DNA from: Desulfurococcaceae archaeon
Lineage (GTDB): Archaea > Thermoproteota > Thermoprotei_A > Sulfolobales > Desulfurococcaceae
Reading direction: 5' to 3'
DNA length: 15,276 nucleotides
NCBI GenBank assembly: GCA_038888155.1
Contig: JAWAJB010000021.1
Span: 1-15,276 of the forward strand
Below the pieces are notes generated by a model. It saw only the letters and a list, made by a program, of their open reading frames with translations, was not told where the DNA came from and did not search any database. Within the stretch, counting starts at the first letter, position 1. Each line of letters begins with the position of its first letter. This document shows positions 1 to 7,908 of the stretch, one piece after another. The translations under genes and the position numbers were made by a program.

Positions 1-267
1 TATAGGACACCTATACCACAACTATACCAAAAGACTCTTGGAAAGTACCCTTTCAGCAACTTGAAGGTAGTTATGTGGCTCGCAAAAGATATAGACACCC
101 TATTGGCATCCTTGAAGAAACTTATACATTCAGAGACTCTAAAAGGTTTCAAGAGGACGGAGATAGCAGGTGTAGAAGACCGTTTGGAAGAAGTTAAGCG
201 TGCACTATCAGGGGTAGGGTTCAGGCCCGCATGTTATACGACAATCTTGAGCAAGGAGCTGGTCTAA
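1..267 (+). CDS. Partial CDS (C-terminal 88 aa, runs off the left edge); possibly the C-terminus of a GNAT-like acetyltransferase
   Basis: Frame 1 is open from base 1 (YRTPIPQLYQK...) to TAA at 265-267, directly abutting the next start. The C-terminal 'ALSGVGFRPACYTTILSKEL' resembles the GF...beta-strand ending of GNAT folds (weak). Confidence 0.55.
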   Translation, partial: YRTPIPQLYQKTLGKYPFSNLKVVMWLAKDIDTLLASLKKLIHSETLKGFKRTEIAGVEDRLEEVKRALSGVGFRPACYTTILSKELV

Positions 268-1719
268 TTGGGCGATGTTGATGTGCTCTTCCTTCATCCG
301 TCCACGTATGTGTCAACATCTGATGGTGAAGTGGTAAGGTACGTAGCCGTGCCCATGGGAACGTTTGCGTTAGCAGACCTGCTAGAAAGGAATGGTTACT
401 CTACGAGGATAGTTCACGTAGGGCTTAAGCGAATGCTTGATCCAAACTATAAAGTCGAGAATCTTATAAAAGCGCTCGAGCCCACACTAGTTGGGATAGA
501 TCTTCATTGGTACTGCCACTCTTATGATGCAATTAAGCTGGCGGATTGTGTAAAGCGATGTACAAATGCCAAAGTCGTGTTAGGTGGGATGACAGCCTCC
601 TTTTTTGCAGATGAGATACTAAGCTCATTTGATTGTGTAGATTACGTAATAGTCGGTGATGCGGAACTTCCTATGATTGAATTGATAAAGGCGTTAATGA
701 AAAGTACGGAAGTGAGCGATGTGCCGAACTTAGTGTACAGAAAAGGTTCTGCAGTAAAGAGGAGTAGAAGAGCATACTTAGCAAGCAGTGAGGACTTGGA
801 TAAGCTGACATGCTCTGACTTAAAACTTTTGGAAGACTGGGACCTTTATGTCAGGCTTATACACGAGAACGATGTTCTCTCGCCGAAGCTGAAGACCCAA
901 GGCTGGTTGATGATCGGACGCGGTTGCTCCGTAAATTGCTCCTACTGCGGCGGTGCAAACTTAGCTCATAGGAAGATATTCGGAAGACAACAGCCGATTT
1001 TTAGGTCACCAGAGAAAGTTGCCGAGGACCTTAGGGCATTCGAGGAACTTGGCATTTCCTGTGCCTACATGGATTTTGACCCATACACTAATAGAAAGTT
1101 CTACTATAAGCTTTTTGAACTCGTGAGGAAAGAGGGGATAGATATAAGCTCCCAGTTCCTCATATGGTCTCTAACCGATAGGAACTTCGTTCAAGATTTA
1201 AAGAAGACATTTAATCCGCTTTACACGACGCTCACGATTTCACCAGAGACTGGCTCAGACTTTGTTAGGCTTAAGAACAAGGGCTTCTATTATGATAACC
1301 AATCTCTCCTAAGATGGCTCGAGATGCTAGAGGAAGAGATGGTTCCTGCCGAGTTGTACTTCGCATCGGGATTAAGCGGCGAGACTGTTGAGGAGTTTAA
1401 TAAGACTATGAAGCTCGGCGAAAGGATACTCCGAACGTACAATAATGTTGTTGCTATATCATGCAATCCGCTCTTTCTAGAACCATGCTCACCTAGATTC
1501 CTTCTACCGAAGAAGTATGGTATAAGATTGAAGTTCAGAAGCTTTAGCGACTTCTATAAGACGTACAAGTGCCTCGCGGAAGGTACTGTGCCTCCGTCGA
1601 GGTTGGGATACGATACCGAGTACCTAAATGAGTTGCAAATAATAGAGTTGAGCAGTAAATTTAACGAGGTGGTTGGCTCTATACTGGAAGGAGAAAATCT
1701 AACTCAGCATTGTGCTTAA
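268..1719 (+). CDS. Cobalamin (B12)-binding domain radical SAM protein
   Basis: N-terminal B12-binding Rossmann features (PMGTFALA, VGIDLHW, VVLGGMTA, VDYVIVGDAE), the radical SAM motif GRGCSVNCSYC (CxxxCxxC), RSPEKVAED and SPETGS. TTG start abuts the upstream stop. Confidence 0.92.
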   Translation: MGDVDVLFLHPSTYVSTSDGEVVRYVAVPMGTFALADLLERNGYSTRIVHVGLKRMLDPNYKVENLIKALEPTLVGIDLHWYCHSYDAIKLADCVKRCTNAKVVLGGMTASFFADEILSSFDCVDYVIVGDAELPMIELIKALMKSTEVSDVPNLVYRKGSAVKRSRRAYLASSEDLDKLTCSDLKLLEDWDLYVRLIHENDVLSPKLKTQGWLMIGRGCSVNCSYCGGANLAHRKIFGRQQPIFRSPEKVAEDLRAFEELGISCAYMDFDPYTNRKFYYKLFELVRKEGIDISSQFLIWSLTDRNFVQDLKKTFNPLYTTLTISPETGSDFVRLKNKGFYYDNQSLLRWLEMLEEEMVPAELYFASGLSGETVEEFNKTMKLGERILRTYNNVVAISCNPLFLEPCSPRFLLPKKYGIRLKFRSFSDFYKTYKCLAEGTVPPSRLGYDTEYLNELQIIELSSKFNEVVGSILEGENLTQHCA

Positions 1720-1728
1720 ACGCCAGCA

Positions 1729-1737
1729 CAAAAAAAT
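1729..1737 (-). terminator. Oligo-T terminator candidate between convergent genes
   Basis: A7 run on the + strand (T7 on the - strand) about 10 nt past the stop of the 1747-3264 gene. Confidence 0.45.
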
Positions 1738-1746
1738 TATGGAATT

Positions 1747-3264
1747 TTAGCCTTTGACAATGGAAGCAGCATGCTCTCCGGCTATCTTCCCGAAAACGGC
1801 ACATCTAGCTAAGCTTCCACCACCAGGATAGTTTTCGAAGAAGAACCCTCCAGTCAACTCACCAATCGCGTAAAGCCTCGGTATGGGCGTGCCCTCTAGG
1901 TCCAGAACACGAGCGTATTTATCCGTTAACGGCCCTCCAAACGTTAACGTTATTCCGCAGACATAATTTATGCCATAGAATGGTGGAGTCTCTATTCTGT
2001 ACGCGTTCTTACTCTTCGGAGGTGTTATGCCCTCTGTGTATCCATCCCTGACGGCATTATTGAAATCCTCGATGGTCTTTTTGAGACCTTCGACATTTAT
2101 ACCAAATATATTCGCCAACTCTTCTATGCTGTTTGCCTCCGTTAGCTTCCCTTTGTACTGCACCAAGAAGTAGTCTCTCCACCATGGGCTAACTCTCTTG
2201 AACCCCTCGGCGTCTAGTATTATGTAAGCCAGCCCATCGGGCTGATCGAGGGCTGCTTTTCCAGCCTCGACATACGTTGCGACACCCTCATCGATAAACC
2301 TTTTACCGTGCTTGTTTACGATTATGCCTTGCGGGAAGAAACCTCCTGGGTTGGCGTATGTCTCCGGTTGAACTGTCGCCCCGTGGTATTGGTCCATGAA
2401 TATCTGTTTCGCCCTAACCTCAGAAACCATTCTATGCCCATCGCCCGTGTTGTTTGGAAGACCTCTGAGAATTGAGTTGTAAGCAACTTTAGGCGATATA
2501 TAGTTCACGACCATCTCTTGGTTTGCTTGGAACCCTCCGCATGCAAGTATCGTCGCCTTCGCCTTAAAGTCTTTGTAACCATCTTTGGTAAGAGCCCTTA
2601 CGCCTAGAACTTCTCCCTTGATGCTGACAAGTAGTGACACGGCTTTGGTTTCTAATATTATCGGAATATTTCTAGCCTTTACTGCGTTGACCATGTATTC
2701 CATCAACTTGGGCCCGCCTCCTTCTACACCTGGAGCGTTCGGTGCCAACCACTTCTCTTTTGGAAGGAATTTTACGCCGGCTACCTTAGGTAACCACTCT
2801 AAGACAGTCTCGTAAGATTTTTCGGCGAGAACCTCTATTAATTCCGGAAATGCTTTATTGTATGTGATTCTCATAACGGCCTTAACGTACTCTGATGGTG
2901 GGAATTCTGGTGTAGAGATGTAGAATGCACCTCCGCTGACGGAGCTGTTACAACTATAAACACTCGGGCCTTTTTCCAATACAACTACATCTTTGACACC
3001 AGCCTCGTAAGCGGCTATAGCCGCGGTAAGACCAGCCATCCCAGCGCCGACGATGACTATCTCATGCTCCTCGAACGGAGGCTCTGGAGGTTTAACGATA
3101 GTAGTCTGCGTAGTCGTCGTAGTTGTTGTAACCGTCTCTGTTACCTTCTCCGCCTTCGGAAAAGCCTGACTTCCTACGATGCCTCCGACCACTAGTCCAG
3201 CTATGCCGGAAGATATTGCTGCTAGTACTTGTCTTCTAGTAACCTTTTTCTCGGAATTTGACAT
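1747..3264 (-). CDS. Tat-signal FAD-dependent oxidoreductase, succinate dehydrogenase/fumarate reductase flavoprotein superfamily, TcuA/CobZ (tricarballylate dehydrogenase)-like subfamily
   Basis: Tat motif VTRRQVL plus hydrophobic helix; Thr-rich linker; IVIVGAGMAG FAD motif; LACGGF, NTGDG, GKRFIDE. ITLTFGG and NYPGGGSL replace the HHTMGG and HGxNRLG motifs of fumarate reductases, as in TcuA/CobZ-like proteins. Confidence 0.85.
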   Translation of the reverse strand: MSNSEKKVTRRQVLAAISSGIAGLVVGGIVGSQAFPKAEKVTETVTTTTTTTQTTIVKPPEPPFEEHEIVIVGAGMAGLTAAIAAYEAGVKDVVVLEKGPSVYSCNSSVSGGAFYISTPEFPPSEYVKAVMRITYNKAFPELIEVLAEKSYETVLEWLPKVAGVKFLPKEKWLAPNAPGVEGGGPKLMEYMVNAVKARNIPIILETKAVSLLVSIKGEVLGVRALTKDGYKDFKAKATILACGGFQANQEMVVNYISPKVAYNSILRGLPNNTGDGHRMVSEVRAKQIFMDQYHGATVQPETYANPGGFFPQGIIVNKHGKRFIDEGVATYVEAGKAALDQPDGLAYIILDAEGFKRVSPWWRDYFLVQYKGKLTEANSIEELANIFGINVEGLKKTIEDFNNAVRDGYTEGITPPKSKNAYRIETPPFYGINYVCGITLTFGGPLTDKYARVLDLEGTPIPRLYAIGELTGGFFFENYPGGGSLARCAVFGKIAGEHAASIVKG

Positions 3265-3285
3265 GCTTATACTTTAGCGTTAAAA

Positions 3286-3300
3286 TATAAAAAGCTTTTG
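3286..3300 (-). promoter_or_regulatory. Archaeal BRE-TATA promoter (probable leaderless transcript) of the TcuA-like gene
   Basis: Minus strand reads CAAAAGCTTTTTATA, with TTTATA 22-27 nt upstream of the ATG at 3264. No Shine-Dalgarno sequence. Confidence 0.6.
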
Positions 3301-3307
3301 GAATGTT

Positions 3308-5113
3308 TTAAAAGTCCATTGCGTTGTATATCTCCGGTGGAAGGTCCGGACAGTCCTTATCAAGATAATGTTTGCTTAGCTTCACTTGAACTTCTAGCAA
3401 TCTCTTGAACTCACTCAGAGAGAGATATGTTGTTGGTTGAAGCTCCTTAAGCCTCTTCTCGGATAGCCCCTCGACCTCTACTGGTATTAGAACTTTCTCA
3501 CCCCAAACTGGGTGGGGCTCGTACTCGACAGCGCCGCGGGATGCTTGGAGTATGAAGAGCTCTGTCTCTTCTATCGTCGGGGATGTCCCACCAACAGGTT
3601 TCATCGTGCCATCTGGAGCTAACTTGAATACTGGCTGAGGTACTTCAAGCTCCTCATCGCCAAGCTTGATCCTTGTCCACTGATACTTTGCGATTATCCT
3701 GCCTGTAGTATTGAACTGATAAACTTCTACCGGGTCTCCTCGCTCCATTCTCTTCTTTAGCATCTCGTAAAACCTAACTACGTGGTTTGTGGATGGAACC
3801 CCCATTGTGAATGGTTTGCAGTACCTCGTAGAGAAGATTACTCCATAGGCATCCCTTGATTGGGCTGGATGTCCTATGGTTCTTCCATCAGCTAGGACTT
3901 TTGCAGCGAAAGCCGGATCTGTGATTTTAACCCATGCGTAGTCAGTGAAGTATCCAGGGGAAATGAAGATTGCTGTGTTCATCGGCCCACTTGACTCAAC
4001 ATCGCCCCTAAAGTAACCAGTATCCTCAAGGAAGAAGACGGATCTAGCATTTTTATTGAACATACCATAATATTGGTAAAGCTCCCCACTAAGCGATGGA
4101 TTACCATTCTCGTCGAATTCTGTGTTCTCATGAAGCGCTCTGGGCGACACAGCAGCTCTCCAGATCGCCACCTGCCTTGGATCAACATCCTCGGTCTTCG
4201 TCCACGATCCCCGCTCTGATCCGATTACTCGATCCTCAAAGATAGCTATTATGTCGTCGTTCTTAATTTCCTGATCCTTAACATAGTCGAGCGGATTTAT
4301 CCCGAACTTTTCAATGTATGTATTGATGTTTGACTTATCCCAGACGTAGAATCCGTGGGTCGATTTTCCCGAGCCTGTGAGCCCCCAGATGCATAAGATT
4401 ATCCTTTTTTCGTTACCATCCTTTCTTTTCACCGTGAACTCCCTGAAAGCTGCATGTTCTCCTGTCCCGCCTTTTTTATAGACATGAATTATCCAGTGGC
4501 TTAGAAACCCTTTTTTTACCTCGCCCTGATAGGATGAGCAGGTAACTATCGTGAAGTCATGATTCGGGAATCTAAGAACCATGAGCATTCGCCCAGTCTC
4601 TGGATTCACCGGGTTTCCAAGATAATGGGGTATGTTTATCAGTTCAACATCCGGGTCCTTTGTCGGATCTCCTGGAAACGCAAGTTGGCTCCACCTGTAT
4701 GCTATGTCCGGAAACTGTGGATCGCAATAAAGCCTACATCTCATCTCAACCCTGCTACCAGGCTTTCCTAGAATTCCGTCCACTTTGATCAGGGGTCCCT
4801 GGGCGAGAATATGTTCGAGAACCCTTCGCATAAGTAACTTATGCTCTCCTCTAAGATCATCGTCTTTCATGATAACGGCTGAGCCAGCCTCGGATCTATG
4901 CCAAATATTTGAGGCCCAACCGAGGGATCCATTCCTGTATTTTGTCGCATAGAGCTTGGCGCGCTCTAGTAGATCTGGCGGATTATCGAGTACTGGCTCT
5001 ATCCCACATCTCCGCTTAAGCTCTAAGATCTTCCTAAATGACTCCTTAAAGCCCCCTATCGTCATCTCCTCAATGCTCGGGATTAATGTAGAAGCCTTTG
5101 CTTCCAGCCGCAT
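3308..5113 (-). CDS. pckA: Phosphoenolpyruvate carboxykinase, ATP-type-like (divergent archaeal form)
   Basis: PEPCK motifs in the expected order: YQGEVKKG (cf. YAGEMKKG), GEHA (metal His), WGLTGSGKST P-loop, KNDD (cf. IGDD), ERGSWTK (cf. EGGCYAK), ENT, KNAR (cf. TENTR), FNTTG. Confidence 0.78.
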   Translation of the reverse strand: MRLEAKASTLIPSIEEMTIGGFKESFRKILELKRRCGIEPVLDNPPDLLERAKLYATKYRNGSLGWASNIWHRSEAGSAVIMKDDDLRGEHKLLMRRVLEHILAQGPLIKVDGILGKPGSRVEMRCRLYCDPQFPDIAYRWSQLAFPGDPTKDPDVELINIPHYLGNPVNPETGRMLMVLRFPNHDFTIVTCSSYQGEVKKGFLSHWIIHVYKKGGTGEHAAFREFTVKRKDGNEKRIILCIWGLTGSGKSTHGFYVWDKSNINTYIEKFGINPLDYVKDQEIKNDDIIAIFEDRVIGSERGSWTKTEDVDPRQVAIWRAAVSPRALHENTEFDENGNPSLSGELYQYYGMFNKNARSVFFLEDTGYFRGDVESSGPMNTAIFISPGYFTDYAWVKITDPAFAAKVLADGRTIGHPAQSRDAYGVIFSTRYCKPFTMGVPSTNHVVRFYEMLKKRMERGDPVEVYQFNTTGRIIAKYQWTRIKLGDEELEVPQPVFKLAPDGTMKPVGGTSPTIEETELFILQASRGAVEYEPHPVWGEKVLIPVEVEGLSEKRLKELQPTTYLSLSEFKRLLEVQVKLSKHYLDKDCPDLPPEIYNAMDF

Positions 5114-5214
5114 ATTACTTTACGGGTTCAGAAAAAGGCACAAATATATAAACATGAATTCTAGTAAACCTCGTTATTTCGATGAACGTAGAAGGGCATC
5201 TTTACGTTTTCTTG

Positions 5215-6153
5215 TTATAACGTCCTGTTGAGCTCATAAGCCGCAAACTTGCTCGTCCTCAAAATCTTACTGTCTGCCAGAATGAGCATAGCCTCTGTAT
5301 TGTCTAACTTTTCCACGAGACCGATGGCTTGTTTTGGGTCCATAAGGCACAGGCTGGTTGCAAGAGCATCAGCAACGAGTGCCCTCTCGCATATTACAGT
5401 AGAGCTGATGACTTGCTCGGATGTTAGTAGCCTCTTTGGGTTGATGATATGACTTAAAATTCCTTGTGCTATCCTGCGTTCATAGCTCCCGCTGGTCGCA
5501 ACAGCACCGTCGTAAAGCTTTATGATCGTTATATTCTGTTCTTTATGAAACGGATCCCTTATTCCAATTCTCCAAGGTTCTTTGTCTATCTTCCCACCAA
5601 CAGCCCTGATATCTCCACCTATATTGATCAGCGCGTTCTTAATTCCGTACTTTTTTAAAGTCTCTGCCGCCAAATCCGCCGCATAACCTTTAGCTATAGC
5701 GTTTAGAACGACCTTCATGCCTTTTTTCAAGAACCTTATACATCTCCCTTCTACCTTTACAGACGAATAATCAACGAGCTCAAATATGCTTCTTAGCCCC
5801 TCTTCAAATGACGTCCGATCTTTTAAAAAATTCTTATCAATATATTCTATTAAGGGAGCCACCGTTATATCGAAGACACCATCCGTTAACATGCTTATCT
5901 TCTCTGCTTCTTTGATGATATATATCAGTTCCTCGGAAGCATTCTCTAAATAGCCTTGTCTGTTAAGTCTGCTAACCTCACTCTCTTCGTTAAATACGCT
6001 CATTATACCCTCAACTCTCTTGATTTCGTTGAATACGTTATCAATTACTCCCTCAGAATGCTCTACGTTTTTAGAAACGATCATAATCGTAACGGAGGTT
6101 CCCATTAAAATTTTTGACTTTTTTACAAGAAGGTATTTTTCTTCTGGTGTCAT
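5215..6153 (-). CDS. apbE: FAD:protein FMN transferase (flavin transferase) with no signal peptide
   Basis: ApbE motifs MGT, SEVSRLN, GVFDITVAPL, NAIAKGYAAD, INIGGD, WRIGIRDP, AVATSGSYER, HIINPK, ADALAT. Confidence 0.95.
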   Translation of the reverse strand: MTPEEKYLLVKKSKILMGTSVTIMIVSKNVEHSEGVIDNVFNEIKRVEGIMSVFNEESEVSRLNRQGYLENASEELIYIIKEAEKISMLTDGVFDITVAPLIEYIDKNFLKDRTSFEEGLRSIFELVDYSSVKVEGRCIRFLKKGMKVVLNAIAKGYAADLAAETLKKYGIKNALINIGGDIRAVGGKIDKEPWRIGIRDPFHKEQNITIIKLYDGAVATSGSYERRIAQGILSHIINPKRLLTSEQVISSTVICERALVADALATSLCLMDPKQAIGLVEKLDNTEAMLILADSKILRTSKFAAYELNRTL

Positions 6154-6177
6154 TTAAAAAATAATAAAGGGTTTTCT

Positions 6178-7782
6178 TCACATAGAGACTTCGCGGGCGG
6201 CATTCCTACCGGCTATCCTTCCGAAAGCTATTATGTCGAGTAAGGCGTTTCCGCCGATCCTATTCGTTCCGTGGATGCCGCCAGTAATTTCTCCGGCCGC
6301 ATAAAGACCAGGTATAACCTTGCCTTCTACGTCCAAAACTTGTGCTTTAGTGTTTATATGAAGGCCACCCATCGTGTGGTGGAGCGAAGGTCTTCCCTTT
6401 ATGGCATAGAATGGTGGTGTGTCTATCTTCAGCATTGGGTCGCCTTTCTTCATAGGCAAGTCTCTTCTCTTGAACTCTGGATCATACCCTTCATCAACGT
6501 ACCTGTTCCAATTGTTCACGGTTTCGACCAAGTTATCCGGATTTATTCCCGCTAATGCCGCAAGCTCTTCTATAGTATCGGCCTTAAAGGCTACGCCTCT
6601 CTTTATCTGGTCGGCGATTATAGTCTCAGGATCTCCAAATGCTTTTATGGTCTTTAATTGTTTATCATCTACTATTGCGAAGGCAAAACCTCCAGGTTGT
6701 GCTAAGACAGCATCTCTCCTAACGTCCCTCCTCTCCAGCTCCTCAACGAATCTTTTTCCATTAGTGTTTACCATGATCCCAATGCCAGTTTCTGTTCCGG
6801 CTGCTATCGTAACCAGGCTGCCCGTTTCATAATCACACATGGGCCACAACTGCACATAATCCATGCCCCTTACAGCAGCGCCTACATCCATTGCCGCTAT
6901 CAATACTTCACCGGTAGTTGTTCCCGGAACGTTTGTAGAGGGGAAGCCAGCGAACCTCGGAGCATGTCTCCTTACTAGTAAATCACTTCGACAGAATCCG
7001 CCGGCAGTCAGCACTACTGCTTTCTTAGCTTTGATGTACTTAGCCTTCCCGTCAGCAGTCTCAACTTTTACACCAAGAATCCTGCCACCATTAGCCTCCT
7101 CTCTAATTATGTTAGTAACTTTGTGTTCTAAGAGTACCTGAATACCTCTCTTCTCAACTTCTTTCTTCAGCGCATTATGTAATGCCGCCCCTCCGCCTAT
7201 TACAGAATGCGTTCTCGGGACACTCTGTCCACCAGACATCGTTAGCGTGTCAGCAAAGGGCACACCAATGTCAACTAAGAAATCAATAACCGAGGGTGCA
7301 TTTTCGACTAGAGTCCTTATGAGCTCTGGGTCCCCCATGTAATCTCCGGATTTAAGTAAATCGTTATACTGCAACTCAAGTGAATCTTTTATTCCTTGCT
7401 TTTCTTGTAATTTAAGTTTCGAAGACCATGCATTTATAATCCCGCCAGAAACAGCAGTGTTACAAAGTCCAAGTTGTGGCATCTTTTCAATTATCAGTAC
7501 TTTTGCACCTTCGTCATGGGCCGTTATCGCAGCAGCGAGGCCCGCACCGCCACCACCTACTATTATAACGTCAGCTTCCATGTCCCACTTCGCAGGCAAC
7601 CATGGTTTTACCTCCTCTACCTTCGTCTCAGTCCTAGTGGTAGTTACTGTTCTCTCTACTTCTTTTGTTACCTCCCTCGGAAATGCCTGACTTCCAGCGA
7701 CACCTCCTACGATTAAGCCGATAATGCCAGCAGCAATCGTTCCTACAACAGTTCTTCTAGATACTTTCTTTTCTGCACTCAC
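6178..7782 (-). CDS. Tat-signal flavocytochrome c flavin-subunit-like reductase (Fcc3/UrdA family), no heme domain
   Basis: VSRRTVV Tat motif, DVIIVGGGGAG, GGQSVPRTH, LTAGGF, GKRFVEELERRD (catalytic Arg), HHTMGG, HGTNRIGGNAL. QLWP stands where fumarate reductases have QxHP. No CxxCH. GTG start. Confidence 0.9.
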   Translation of the reverse strand: MSAEKKVSRRTVVGTIAAGIIGLIVGGVAGSQAFPREVTKEVERTVTTTRTETKVEEVKPWLPAKWDMEADVIIVGGGGAGLAAAITAHDEGAKVLIIEKMPQLGLCNTAVSGGIINAWSSKLKLQEKQGIKDSLELQYNDLLKSGDYMGDPELIRTLVENAPSVIDFLVDIGVPFADTLTMSGGQSVPRTHSVIGGGAALHNALKKEVEKRGIQVLLEHKVTNIIREEANGGRILGVKVETADGKAKYIKAKKAVVLTAGGFCRSDLLVRRHAPRFAGFPSTNVPGTTTGEVLIAAMDVGAAVRGMDYVQLWPMCDYETGSLVTIAAGTETGIGIMVNTNGKRFVEELERRDVRRDAVLAQPGGFAFAIVDDKQLKTIKAFGDPETIIADQIKRGVAFKADTIEELAALAGINPDNLVETVNNWNRYVDEGYDPEFKRRDLPMKKGDPMLKIDTPPFYAIKGRPSLHHTMGGLHINTKAQVLDVEGKVIPGLYAAGEITGGIHGTNRIGGNALLDIIAFGRIAGRNAAREVSM

Positions 7783-7908
7783 GAAATTATGTAGTTTGTA
7801 ACAATTATTTATGTATTTCGAAATTTCGTGTTCTCTTCATATTTATGTAACGTTATGCAAACATATATAAAAAAACTAATATAACAAAGTTGTCGGTTTA
7901 CATTTAAA
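7783..7908. promoter_or_regulatory. AT-rich divergent promoter region between the reductase/apbE genes and the cytochrome b-FMN gene
   Basis: 126-bp AT-rich spacer with TATA-like elements about 25-30 nt upstream of both starts. Contains palindromes ATTTCGAAAT and TAACGTTA and repeated TTATG(T/C)A. Confidence 0.6.

Noticed and set aside
61-267. 68-aa ORF as a standalone small protein or RiPP precursor
   Set aside because: The frame is open back to base 1, so it is the tail of a longer gene.
3100-3131. (GTA/GTC/GTT)n trinucleotide-like tract as a contingency repeat
   Set aside because: Mixed codons for the poly-Thr linker, not a pure slippage tract.
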